From: a virus
Lineage: Duplodnaviria; Caudoviricetes
Strand: one strand, 5' to 3'
Length of the DNA stretch: 64,000 bases
Virus record (IMG/VR): IMGVR_UViG_3300013286_000001
Span: 1,007 to 65,006 of that record
In this document: positions 8,806-17,990 of the stretch, one piece after another
Layout: each line of letters starts with the position of its first letter
Numbering within the stretch: position 1 is the first letter of the stretch
Notes under the pieces: generated by a model
The model's database searches: none
Seen by the model: only the letters and a program-made list of their open reading frames with translations
Told to the model about the DNA's origin: nothing
Translations under genes and position numbers: made by a program

Positions 8806-8882
8806 TGGTGGGCCGGACAGGACTTGAACCTGCGACCGATCGATTATGAGTCGACTGCTCTAACCAACTGAGCTACAGGCCC
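8806..8882 (-). tRNA. tRNA-Ile2 (CAT anticodon, lysidine type)
   Basis: Cloverleaf GGGCCTGTAGCTCAGTTGGTTAGAGCAGTCGACTCATAATCGAT...GGTTCAAGTCC...ACCA; C4-G69 and C5-G68 TilS determinants; resembles ileX-type rather than Met. Confidence 0.9.
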
Positions 8883-8888
8883 AAAATT

Positions 8889-9602
8889 TTAAATAGAACA
8901 ACCCATCTTAGCAAAGATGTGAGTTAGGCTTGGATACTCGAGTTCGTCCAGTACACCAGAACGGTCTTTGCACTGATATTGCCAGTTTGCTTTTGTCCGC
9001 AGCTGACGAGCGCCATTGTTGGCAATTTCCAAGGCAAATACTTCGTCAAGCAGATAAGGCATGCCGGACTGTAGCATTTTACCTGGAAATTTCATACCGA
9101 TTTGGGTGGTGCCCATTACATCGTCAGTTACTTTTTCCGCTTTGCAGAGGAAGACAATATTGTGGTGGGTCGGCAAATCACGGAACGCACGCACCAGACC
9201 AAGAACGTCTTGGCCGAGAATACCATATGCTTGACGCGGGTCTTTTACTGTGGGGTTAGCCAAGGCTTCGGTTAAAACTGTTTCTGCAGTATCAGACAAC
9301 GAGTCAAGAATAACTGTTTTATACTGTAATGCAGCGGGCGTTTGCAGCCATGCATAAATTTCTTTAAGCTTGGCAACTGTAGAAACATCAATGTACGGAA
9401 CATTGTATGTAACCCAGTCTTGATCAGCGCCGTACACTTTGGCAATATTGTCTGGGCTGAGAGACAACAAACCGCGTTCAGCGTTCAGCAAAAGCGGCGC
9501 TGGAGCAGATGCTGCAATCATAGTCTTGCCATTACCGCTAAGGCCGTAAATGGCCATTCGGATTGGTCCGGGCGGTGTAGCACCTGTTACTTTAACTTCC
9601 AT
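8889..9602 (-). CDS. Sak4-like / AAA_24 ATPase (ssDNA annealing)
   Basis: YGLSGNGKT Walker A, AERGL, VILDSLS, KDRSG. Confidence 0.85.
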   Translation of the reverse strand: MEVKVTGATPPGPIRMAIYGLSGNGKTMIAASAPAPLLLNAERGLLSLSPDNIAKVYGADQDWVTYNVPYIDVSTVAKLKEIYAWLQTPAALQYKTVILDSLSDTAETVLTEALANPTVKDPRQAYGILGQDVLGLVRAFRDLPTHHNIVFLCKAEKVTDDVMGTTQIGMKFPGKMLQSGMPYLLDEVFALEIANNGARQLRTKANWQYQCKDRSGVLDELEYPSLTHIFAKMGCSI

Positions 9603-9628
9603 TATCTTGTCTCTCAGTTCATTTAGCT

Positions 9629-9657
9629 ATTATATTGCGCTGCTTAAGGCTTGTACA
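9629..9657 (-). promoter_or_regulatory. sigma70-like promoter
   Basis: TGTACA-17nt-TATAAT. Confidence 0.75.
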
Positions 9658-9704
9658 ACTTTATTTAAAATAAATGTTCCCAGCAACGCGCAACTGGGTT
9701 ATAA

Positions 9705-10091
9705 TCAGTTGGTTTCGACTTCCGGCGCTTTAGTGATCTTGACCTGAGGACTGCCTGGCGAAGTAGTAATGGCTTCAAGAGCTGCTTCAAGATCATCGCC
9801 AGTTAGTGCTTTAAGACCTGTTGCGCTGATAGTATAGCTGACTTTGAAAACGCCGGCAAATTTTTCTTTGCCAAGCTTTTCTCGTGCGTCAGCCAATGAA
9901 GGCTCAAACACCTTGACATTTTCAGTATTGGTGAACGACAGTTTATAGCCATCCATCGCAACGGTCTTTGAGCCTTTCTTTGTATGACCCGAGCGCGCAA
10001 GTAGCTCAAGCCGCGCATTAAGCTCAAGCTCTTTAATCTGCTCAAGCGACTTTTTAATGGCTTCCCACTTTGGAACAGTCATTCCGCTCAT
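9705..10091 (-). CDS. hypothetical protein (recombination module)
   Basis: 128 aa ORF coupled to the upstream gene; ITTSPGSPQVKI end. Confidence 0.75.
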   Translation of the reverse strand: MSGMTVPKWEAIKKSLEQIKELELNARLELLARSGHTKKGSKTVAMDGYKLSFTNTENVKVFEPSLADAREKLGKEKFAGVFKVSYTISATGLKALTGDDLEAALEAITTSPGSPQVKITKAPEVETN

Positions 10092-10525
10092 TGTTTTACT
10101 CCTGGCGTAACAGCGTCAATCAAAGCGTCTGAACTGCCTTTAACACGGATGTCCGGCAGAATTGTTTGAGGCTTGAACTCAACGCGATAGTGGTAAACGC
10201 TTACGTCAGCACCATACAGCTGTTCGCTGAAGTAGGTCACATTATCTGACAAACCAAGCGAATGCTTTTTATACTCCTTGGGCCCAACTTTACAAGTAAC
10301 GTCCAACTTGCGCGCGCTACTTGCGTCAAACGCACAACGGCCTTCAATTGACAGCATATAGCCACCAGTGATTCCATTGTATAAAACGATGCGCCGTGTA
10401 ATTTCAAAGTTGTCGGCTGCAGCAGACAGGTTGCGTGAAGCAATATCTGCGTCACGGCCACAACCAGAAAGTACACTTGCAGAAAGAGCAAGTAACCCAA
10501 CTGTTTTAAGCAATTTGATTTTCAT
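10088..10525 (-). CDS. conserved phage lipoprotein
   Basis: Signal peptide with lipobox LSGC; ADIASRNLS.AADNFEI.RRIV.YNGIT family motif. Confidence 0.85.
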   Translation of the reverse strand: MKIKLLKTVGLLALSASVLSGCGRDADIASRNLSAAADNFEITRRIVLYNGITGGYMLSIEGRCAFDASSARKLDVTCKVGPKEYKKHSLGLSDNVTYFSEQLYGADVSVYHYRVEFKPQTILPDIRVKGSSDALIDAVTPGVKQ

Positions 10526-10595
10526 TTATCAACTCCAACTATTATTTATGAAGTTCAATTATAACTTATTACTTGTTCTTTTGTAACCTACTTTA

Positions 10596-13061
10596 TTACT
10601 CTTCATTTGACTGTTGAACTATATAAACTTGAGTATCAGCTGGGAGCGCAGAAGCAGTAATACCCAGCGGAATACCGCCAGGAGTTCTTAGCTCAATTAT
10701 GCCTTGGCCAACTAAACTTTTAAGGGCTTCGTCTCGGCCTTGAGTGCTAATCTCTGGCCGGCTTAAGCCAAAGAATCGTGCAGTATACTGACTAAATAAC
10801 CCGACTGTTAGTACATGAGACTGAATGCTTTTATCCAGCGTAGTTGATAATCGGCCAGCTTTGCGCAGTAACTCTCGAATTGAATCAAGGTCTGTACCTT
10901 CCGTATAGAATTTAATAACAGCTAACTCATAGCGCGATGCTTGGTTAACGGTGTTCATTGCATGCTTGGCTTGGTGTGTAGTTGTATCAACAGTTCTCGC
11001 AATGCTTTTAAAGAGTAGCTGAGCGTTTTGCTTAACAAACTCCATGACTGCAATGCCCCATTCAAGAGACTCAACAGTATGACTGGCACTCTCAGGTTCT
11101 TCAGACCAAGCGTAGATAGCCGACAGATATTGCGCGTAAGTAATATAACGGTTAAACGCATCTTCTTCCGCGTCACCACCGTCGCCTTTACTTGCTGTTC
11201 CAAGTTCCAGTAGCCTTCTTACCAATGGAACGTTTGAGCGCAACAATTCTTGAGAATGAAGCACGGTAACAGTAGGCGAAGTAGTATAGCGACGAACCAG
11301 GTTTGTTGCTTCCGATAGGTCGATTTGAACTTCACCGTCTGGAACTTCAAACTTGCCATTCCAGCTGTTTGCATCAATGGCCGGCTCATTACTTACCCAC
11401 AGTACCAGCCGAGCTAGCAGCCCGTCGCCAAGATGCTGCATTAATACCGGCTTCATTGCCTTGATTGTAGACAGATAAGCGAGCTGAACAACGTAATCTT
11501 GCAAGTCTACTCGACCGCTGTTTGTATTCTTGTCGGCTGAAGTTGTTGCGCCTGGGGCACAGACATTTTCAGTAAACTCTTTGAGAAAAGCTTTTGCCCC
11601 GCCCGGGTCGTTAGACGTAGCAAAGTTGGCTTCAGCTTCATCGACTAGCCCGATTGCTGCGGCTTGTTTTTCAAACAGTGAGATACTGGCCGCAAGTTTG
11701 TTTGCGCCTTGAAGGCCTTTGCCCATGTCCCGAACTGGGGTAAGGGGCAACGCGCCCATCGAGCCTTCAGCCTGTAGGGTTTGCGACACAAGTCTTGCAA
11801 AGTCTCGGATTCGTCGATACGCTCGTGACTTGCCGCGACCTGAGTTGGCCAGTGTGAAAAAGTGAACAATAGGCCGTTTACAGATTGCGTCTGTAATAAC
11901 AGCTTTACCTGTGCTCAGGTATACAGCTTGGCACAGCAGCCGATCGCCAGCAAGCATGCGAGTAAGCTGAATAATCGACGGTGTAGAAACGTCAAAGGCA
12001 ACTTCGCTGACACGGTTCAAAGCTTCTGCAAGTATCCGCATGTTCTTTGGTAAAGGCGGTGGCTCGAGCAGCACAACTGACTCAATAGTCGGTGGAGGCA
12101 ACATAGCAACAACTTCTTGGCCCATCGATAAGTTGAAAGTAACCATCGGCAGTTCAAGCGAGTTGTTCTTTACCATATTGTTGTAGTGCAAGTCAAACAG
12201 CGAGACCAAGTCAGTCACTTTGCGTTGACGCTTTGGCTTTGTGATGTTTGCTTCATCAGCGCACGGGAAAGACAAGAATACGCGTCGCATCTGGCCTGCG
12301 TCAGCAGAGTAGCGCGAAAGACGCTGGACGAATACTCGCATGACGTCCGAGTTAAGCTGTTGCTGTGGGTCTTTGGCGTAGGCTAATGCTTCTGGGTCTT
12401 CTTTGAATTTCTCAATAAGATATTCGTCAGCCACTTCTTCGCCAACAAACTCGTGACGCAAATTGGCTTGTGCGCGTAACTCAGCGTTTTCTCGAGACTT
12501 TGCAGAAATGACCTCTTCAAAGTACGGCGTCAATGGCTGAATATCCGGCCACGCTGGATTTGAACGACCAGTCATGTACAAAAAGGTGCCAGCCCCTCGG
12601 GCGTCTATGCCGTCTACTACCTTGGCAATAACGCCGGCCACTTCTGCCGGGCAGCTAAAAATTTGGTGTAGGCCGTTACCGCGGCTGGACGTCTCTGTCC
12701 AAGTTTCGTTGGCTTTGCATAATGAAGTGTAGCCGGGGTTGGCCGCCAAGTCGTCGTAGTCAAGAACAATAAAACCCGGCTGAATAAGCCAGATGTGCCC
12801 CATGGCAGTGGCTTTAGGATGTTCTTTGAGATAGACCTGAACTTTGACGGATAGTGGGTGCTTTGACATCGACGCAATAGCAGCAGTTGCTACTTCGTAG
12901 TTCACCAAGGTTTCTGGCCGACTAACGTCAGGAGCACGACCTGTCATGTGAACTTGTTTTTTGTAGGCTTGGCCATCTTCATCGATAGCCAATTGCCAAA
13001 CTCCCCAGACTGGAGAGCCGTCAATCAAACACTGTGGGTAGGATGCCGCGCTTAGGGTCAT
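10596..13061 (-). CDS. primase/polymerase-helicase (AEP N-terminus plus DUF3987-like NTPase)
   Basis: IVLDYD, ETSSRGNGLH, LYMTG; ANSGRGKS Walker A, LVDE, DGLLARL; start at ATG 13061 preferred over TTG 13121. Confidence 0.75.
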   Translation of the reverse strand: MTLSAASYPQCLIDGSPVWGVWQLAIDEDGQAYKKQVHMTGRAPDVSRPETLVNYEVATAAIASMSKHPLSVKVQVYLKEHPKATAMGHIWLIQPGFIVLDYDDLAANPGYTSLCKANETWTETSSRGNGLHQIFSCPAEVAGVIAKVVDGIDARGAGTFLYMTGRSNPAWPDIQPLTPYFEEVISAKSRENAELRAQANLRHEFVGEEVADEYLIEKFKEDPEALAYAKDPQQQLNSDVMRVFVQRLSRYSADAGQMRRVFLSFPCADEANITKPKRQRKVTDLVSLFDLHYNNMVKNNSLELPMVTFNLSMGQEVVAMLPPPTIESVVLLEPPPLPKNMRILAEALNRVSEVAFDVSTPSIIQLTRMLAGDRLLCQAVYLSTGKAVITDAICKRPIVHFFTLANSGRGKSRAYRRIRDFARLVSQTLQAEGSMGALPLTPVRDMGKGLQGANKLAASISLFEKQAAAIGLVDEAEANFATSNDPGGAKAFLKEFTENVCAPGATTSADKNTNSGRVDLQDYVVQLAYLSTIKAMKPVLMQHLGDGLLARLVLWVSNEPAIDANSWNGKFEVPDGEVQIDLSEATNLVRRYTTSPTVTVLHSQELLRSNVPLVRRLLELGTASKGDGGDAEEDAFNRYITYAQYLSAIYAWSEEPESASHTVESLEWGIAVMEFVKQNAQLLFKSIARTVDTTTHQAKHAMNTVNQASRYELAVIKFYTEGTDLDSIRELLRKAGRLSTTLDKSIQSHVLTVGLFSQYTARFFGLSRPEISTQGRDEALKSLVGQGIIELRTPGGIPLGITASALPADTQVYIVQQSNEE

Positions 13062-13206
13062 ATAGTAAATCGCCGAAAGAAAGGGTTGCCAGCTGGTCGT
13101 GCTGGGATTACTAATCCGCAAAAGGCTGTACTACTACCCTGAGAGAGACCAATCTCTCGACGTCGGCGAACGCTTTGATAGCAGCACAGTCTTTTGCAGA
13201 CTAGAG
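13062..13206 (-). promoter_or_regulatory. structured 5' leader of primase gene
   Basis: 22-bp G:U-rich stem 13116-13199 and 7-nt complementarity 13163-13169/13070-13076. Confidence 0.6.
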
Positions 13207-13213
13207 GAAAGTA

Positions 13214-13242
13214 ATAATAGGCTTTAAAAAGGAATAAGTAAA
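13214..13242 (-). promoter_or_regulatory. sigma70-like promoter for primase
   Basis: TTTACT-17nt-TATTAT. Confidence 0.65.
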
Positions 13243-13260
13243 TGCTAGCGTAAACTAGCT

Positions 13261-13791
13261 TTACTCAACGTCAATAGTTAACTGGTTAGGCCAGTCGCGA
13301 TCGGCAATAATAGCCTCTTTCAATGCTTCTGCGTTAAGAGTATTGAGTTGTGTGGTTACCAGCCGCAGAGCTTCTGCGCGAATGTTTTGGTGTGACAAAG
13401 TTAGCCGAGCAGTTTGCGTGGCTTCGCTTTGGACTCGCTGACGATAAGGCAAAAGCTTGGCTTCGGTGTTGGTAAGTTGCATTACCTGAAGAGTTGCGGC
13501 GTCTGCCAAGGCTTGAGCCTTTTTAGCTGACGCCATCCACTTGTCGTAGTCTTCCGGAGTTTCGCATTGCAGTGCTTTATGTAAAGCAGCATGTGCTGCC
13601 ATCTGCCCAGCAATTACCAATGAGTTGTGGTGGCGAATCATAACCGAGTAATCGCCGGCTTGGCAATGCGAAAGCAGTACGTCAGCATGAGCTGCAAGTA
13701 AAGCTGGATCACCCATCCCCGAGGCTAACCCAGCGGACATACCAAGATAAGTGGCCGGATCAAGCGAAGGGCTTAGCTTTTCATTCGACAT
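13261..13791 (-). CDS. hypothetical protein
   Basis: 176 aa helical ORF with AAGGAGG RBS. Confidence 0.8.
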   Translation of the reverse strand: MSNEKLSPSLDPATYLGMSAGLASGMGDPALLAAHADVLLSHCQAGDYSVMIRHHNSLVIAGQMAAHAALHKALQCETPEDYDKWMASAKKAQALADAATLQVMQLTNTEAKLLPYRQRVQSEATQTARLTLSHQNIRAEALRLVTTQLNTLNAEALKEAIIADRDWPNQLTIDVE

Positions 13792-14155
13792 TTTCAGCCT
13801 CCTTTTTCAGCATATTTTGAAAGCTGTCTTCAATTGTCTTCTTCAATACGTTTTGAATGTTATCGTCGCCAATACGCATAAGCCATTCGTCTTTTGCAAG
13901 GCCCTGAGCGTTGTAGACTGGCTGTTTAAAAAAGTCGCAAGCAATAACAACTTTGCCTTGCAAAACTTCTACCAACCAGCGTTTTGAGGACGAAGCAGTA
14001 TAGTGAATAGTTGTAGGCATTACGCCAACTTTTACAATTATTTCGTAATTTTTTCCAGCTTCAATTTGCTCAATAACGCGTACTGTCTTACCAATATTTT
14101 CTGGCACAAACGAGTTGATGATTATTGCCAAGCATCCAGGTTCAATCGGTTTCAT
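13781..14155 (-). CDS. hypothetical protein
   Basis: MKPIEPGCLAIII...NIGKTV.V phage motif; promoter TTTACA-17-TATGAT at 14187-14215. Confidence 0.75.
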   Translation of the reverse strand: MKPIEPGCLAIIINSFVPENIGKTVRVIEQIEAGKNYEIIVKVGVMPTTIHYTASSSKRWLVEVLQGKVVIACDFFKQPVYNAQGLAKDEWLMRIGDDNIQNVLKKTIEDSFQNMLKKEAENVE

Positions 14156-14219
14156 TCTCAAATACCTAACGGTGATTAATGAAAGAATCATAAACCCTTT
14201 CTAGATTTTTGTAAACCCT

Positions 14220-15110
14220 TTCGCGCGCTATATAGAAGGACGGTAACCCACAGTGATAGGCCATGAGGCTCAAGGGATGAAACAAGCTGTTTTACACCCT
14301 CTTACGTTACTTTATAACTACTAGATGCAAATGCTCGCATCGATGCGCATCAGGCTATCCGCGTAATCTTATGGAGCCTGAATTCGTCTAGCTAGCAACC
14401 AACGCTGATTCACGGCGATGCGTCCTATTTTAGCAAACTAGCCTGATGCAAAATCCGCATCTGTTTTGCATCTGTTTTGCATCAGGTAAAGCGCATAAAA
14501 GCTATTAAGCAGATTTATTTAAACTAACAACTTGGATCAGTGACTTTAAACCTTCTTTCTGGCTTATTTTGGTTTGAGATTTGCATCAGCTGACTCTTGC
14601 ATCAGGCCTCGCATCTGTCTAAGCCCTTGTTTTATAAGGCTTTTTAGTCTCCTGATGCAAAGATGCGCGTCAGGCAGGGTGCCCTATATTTGCTAGGGTG
14701 TGTAAGTCCATATAGGCCTGTCTATATATTTTTAATTTTTAAAAAATATATACAGCTATAGGCTATTGGTAGTAAGTAGACGGACAAATGGAGACTTACA
14801 CACTAGCTGATAGCAGGTAGGGCTAGGCCGCATCCGCCTAGGCCATCCGCATCTGCATCAGGCCGCATCACCTGCATAAAGCTAAACGCACAGAATTTAG
14901 ACCAAAGGTAATGAGATCAAGCACTTAGGCTCCGTGCAGCACAGATGCAAACTAGATGCATCTGGTGCGTTAGGCTACGCAACAAAAGGTGTACTTCGCC
15001 TAGCATTTGCTATATGATGCGAGAGTTACGAGGATTTGCATCAGCTAAAATTCGAGCAAATCTGACCGGAATAGTCTAAAGAGTCGCGTTGCCGACCACT
15101 GTGGGTATCT
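14220..15110. repeat. putative replication origin: GCATC repeat array around an AT-rich palindrome
   Basis: 23 GCATC/GATGC copies in 14324-15042; AT core 14721-14752; ORF-free gap between divergent transcription arms. Confidence 0.7.
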
Positions 15111-15121
15111 ATAGATAAAGA

Positions 15122-15150
15122 TTTACTAAAGAAGTTTTGCGCTATATAAT
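15122..15150 (+). promoter_or_regulatory. sigma70-like promoter
   Basis: TTTACT-17nt-TATAAT. Confidence 0.75.
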
Positions 15151-15178
15151 TAAACGTCTTATAAATAAGGAATAAATA

Positions 15179-15772
15179 ATGCTACCAGTATACTTTTGTT
15201 ACGCCATCAAATTAAACAGCACAGAAGAACTTCGACCTACTAGCGAGAAAGGCTGGTTTACTACTTTGGCAAGAAAAGGAGAAAAGCAGTCTACTACGCG
15301 TTGGAAAATTGATTTGACGGGTATTAAGCTATTTGTTTCTGAGCAAACAGCTTATAGAGCTTTACGCTCAACGTCTAAGCCTGAATCAGCTAAGTACGGC
15401 TATACGCAAGAAGAATACGAAAGTCTTTTTAGCATTACTAAAGTGTTAGTAAGTAAAGAGCTGTATGAAAGTACAGCAGAAACTGTTGCAAAGCTCAAAA
15501 AGCAAAATGAGGCAAGAGCCTCGTCGCGCAAGTCTAAAACTACAACAATTTCTGCTGTTAATAAGAAGAACGACTTGCTGGAGGGGGTAGAACTAAGCAC
15601 GGTGTTTAGCGCTATCGTTCGCACTGACAAGGGCCGCATATCTGTAAAACGTTTCAGAACACCTGAAGCGGCATTACGAGAGCTCATGAAAAAAGTAGAC
15701 CTAAGCTATTTAACGCTAGTTAGGATCATTTCAGAGACGATTATAAAAGCGCCTACCTCATTGCTGAAGTAA
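15179..15772 (+). CDS. basic hypothetical protein adjacent to putative origin
   Basis: 197 aa Lys/Arg-rich ORF with TAAGGA RBS. Confidence 0.75.
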   Translation: MLPVYFCYAIKLNSTEELRPTSEKGWFTTLARKGEKQSTTRWKIDLTGIKLFVSEQTAYRALRSTSKPESAKYGYTQEEYESLFSITKVLVSKELYESTAETVAKLKKQNEARASSRKSKTTTISAVNKKNDLLEGVELSTVFSAIVRTDKGRISVKRFRTPEAALRELMKKVDLSYLTLVRIISETIIKAPTSLLK

Positions 15773-15790
15773 GCGCCATTGGCATAGCTG

Positions 15791-16051
15791 TTACATTTGG
15801 CCAGCTATCATATTGGCTCGACGCATGAAGTACTGTAGCTTGTCAAGATCAGTATCAATGGCGTATATCAAAATACCTTTGATGCTAATTACGTAACAAT
15901 GTTTTGTAGCAATGGTGTACGACGGGAAGTCTTTAGAATCTGCAATATCCACTATTACAGATTGCGCAAGAGTAACTTGCTCCAGCGCAGCTTTATGCAT
16001 CTCAATGGCTACGTAATAGCCAATTTGCTCAACTTTATTTAGGTCTTTCAT
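15791..16051 (-). CDS. hypothetical protein
   Basis: 86 aa ORF with AAGGA RBS. Confidence 0.7.
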   Translation of the reverse strand: MKDLNKVEQIGYYVAIEMHKAALEQVTLAQSVIVDIADSKDFPSYTIATKHCYVISIKGILIYAIDTDLDKLQYFMRRANMIAGQM

Positions 16052-16067
16052 TTTGGTATTTCCTTAC

Positions 16068-16229
16068 TTAAACAGCAATATAACGAAACTTTTGATTGGC
16101 GATATTGGATTGCAATTCACGCTCTAAAAGCATTTTAGCAACACCTTCAGTCGTAGCGCTATACAGATTGTGCCAAATACCTTCAGCTTCAACAAATACT
16201 TGGACGTAAAAAGCAGCTTTAGTTTTCAT
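16068..16229 (-). CDS. hypothetical protein
   Basis: 53 aa MKTKAAFY..., AAGGA RBS, promoter TGTACA-17-TATAGT at 16273-16301. Confidence 0.65.
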   Translation of the reverse strand: MKTKAAFYVQVFVEAEGIWHNLYSATTEGVAKMLLERELQSNIANQKFRYIAV

Positions 16230-16423
16230 TTTGTATTTCCTTTAGTAAGTGTGTTTGCTTGTTGATGTATCTACTATAAGGTAGTCGGCAGCTGTTGTAC
16301 ACTTTTATTAACCACTTTATCAATTGATTGTTCTAATCCCTTAGCCGATAGCCATGCGAACAATCAATTGTCCGCTGCAAGCCGCAACTGCTATAATGAA
16401 CGTACAAACAACGGAGACATCAA

Positions 16424-16654
16424 ATGAACATTTTTGAAATTAACCAGGCTATCATTGATGCTTCCATCCCAAGCTACGGTGTGGAGACTGAACAAGACAA
16501 CGGCGCTCTTGATGTTGTATACCTTGCAGACTACGAAGCTCAGCTGATGGATGGCATGATCTTTTTGAATGATAGCTGCACTGATAACGACATTGCTGAG
16601 TTTGCGGATATTGAGTCGCTTATTGCGCACTTGAAGAACATTATCAAGCTGTGA
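16424..16654 (+). CDS. small acidic early protein
   Basis: 76 aa Asp/Glu-rich; own promoter and GGAG RBS. Confidence 0.75.
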   Translation: MNIFEINQAIIDASIPSYGVETEQDNGALDVVYLADYEAQLMDGMIFLNDSCTDNDIAEFADIESLIAHLKNIIKL

Positions 16655-16774
16655 GCCAACTGCACAGCCACGGCGCTGCATGCCACTGTGGGTTGATAGC
16701 AAATAAAGTGTACAAAGCCAATCAGCTGCAGTACAATAGACATTCACTAACTTATATTATTAAAAGGAACGGCC

Positions 16775-17128
16775 ATGAACTTTTCAGACCTTGTAGGCTT
16801 GACGTTGCGCGCAATTGAAGGCGCAGAAGCTGGCAGTGAAGAAATTACACTTTATGCCGACAATGGTAGCAGTTTTAAAATGTATCACGACCAAAACTGT
16901 TGCGAGTCAGTAAACGTTAACGATGTAGAAGGCGACATTGCTGACTTGATTGGCAAACCTTTGGTGCTAGCAGAAGAGGCTAGCAATGAAGGAGACGAAA
17001 GCAGCTATGGCTCGAGCACATAGACATTTTATCGCCTAGCAACAGCTAAAGGCTTTGTGGTATTTCGCTGGTTTGGCGAGTCTAATGGCTATTATAGCGA
17101 AGAGGTAAGCTTTAGAAAAAATAAACTA
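16775..17128 (+). pseudogene. conserved phage protein interrupted by TAG
   Basis: HDQNCCESV...[30 protein letters not shown]; TAG at 17021-17023 where the family motif has Trp (TWTFY). Confidence 0.75.
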
Positions 17129-17194
17129 AACGTTTACACGCTCAGTGTTTGTTGGTACAATAGACACATACCAACGAACATCGAGGAATGAATC

Positions 17195-17323
17195 ATGACT
17201 ATTGAGCGCAAAATCAAACTGCTGGAAGCCCAGTACGCTGCTATGACTGTTAACACTAAGCTGCGCGACAAAGTGGCTTTGATTGCACAAATTCGTGATC
17301 TTCAATCCCAGCTGGAAGCCTAA
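17195..17323 (+). CDS. small coiled-coil hypothetical protein
   Basis: 42 aa; promoter TTTACA-17-TACAAT at 17133-17161; GAGG RBS. Confidence 0.6.
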   Translation: MTIERKIKLLEAQYAAMTVNTKLRDKVALIAQIRDLQSQLEA

Positions 17324-17325
17324 TC

Positions 17326-17469
17326 ATGTACTATCAAGCCACTGCTACTGTAAACGGTCAGCTGTTTGAATCTGGCTTCTACCACGAAGGCCGTGACTGG
17401 GCTATCCGCATGCTAGTACGCCAAATCGGTTTTGAAAACCTTTCACTGATTACTGTTGAGGTGATGTAA
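17326..17469 (+). CDS. hypothetical protein
   Basis: 47 aa MYYQATATVNG..., tightly packed with neighbours. Confidence 0.55.
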   Translation: MYYQATATVNGQLFESGFYHEGRDWAIRMLVRQIGFENLSLITVEVM

Positions 17470-17628
17470 ATGACAGACTATGACTTTAACACTGTAGAAA
17501 AGCGTCGAGCTTTTTACATTGCCAACTACGGCAGCATTCGCCAATGGGCCTTGTTTCGTGTAGCCACTTGCTGGCGGCTTCGCAAACGCTTGCCACGACT
17601 TACTGCTAAAGCAAACAGCTTGGCATGA
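17470..17628 (+). CDS. hypothetical protein
   Basis: 52 aa, GAGGTG RBS. Confidence 0.55.
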   Translation: MTDYDFNTVEKRRAFYIANYGSIRQWALFRVATCWRLRKRLPRLTAKANSLA

Positions 17629-17647
17629 TCATTCCTGGAGAAAAGCA

Positions 17648-17923
17648 ATGACTATGCGATACGTAACCAACAACCAACTTTATCAAAACGGTGAAAGCGT
17701 TGACCATTCGGCGTGGTGGCTTGCTGTCTATTTGCTTCGAGTCGAATTGGCACAGCTTAAAAGCCAAGACTTTACATTGCTTTTGTACGTAGCTGACAAC
17801 ATTTGCCCTGAGCAGTATGTCGAGCCAGTCTACCTCATGCTACGCAGTTCTCACTTCGAGTCGGTCGCCTGGGCATTGGACCAACTCGAAATTCCAAAAG
17901 AAGAATTTCTTAAAGCGGTGTAA
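17648..17923 (+). CDS. hypothetical protein
   Basis: 91 aa, GGAG RBS. Confidence 0.7.
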   Translation: MTMRYVTNNQLYQNGESVDHSAWWLAVYLLRVELAQLKSQDFTLLLYVADNICPEQYVEPVYLMLRSSHFESVAWALDQLEIPKEEFLKAV

Positions 17924-17990
17924 ATAGCTGTTTACGAGCAGCTAAGCATTGCGCTACAATCAAAGCTTCTAACTTACTAAAGGTGTCAGC

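Noticed and set aside
8806-8882. tRNA-Met or an integration site
   Set aside because: Sequence features match Ile2; no duplicated 3' end or integrase nearby
10088-10525. Recombination directionality factor implying lysogeny
   Set aside because: The protein has a lipoprotein signal, and no integrase, repressor or att-like context was found
14324-15042. CRISPR array or mini-array
   Set aside because: Repeats are 5-9 bp, in both orientations and irregularly spaced, with no repeat-spacer period
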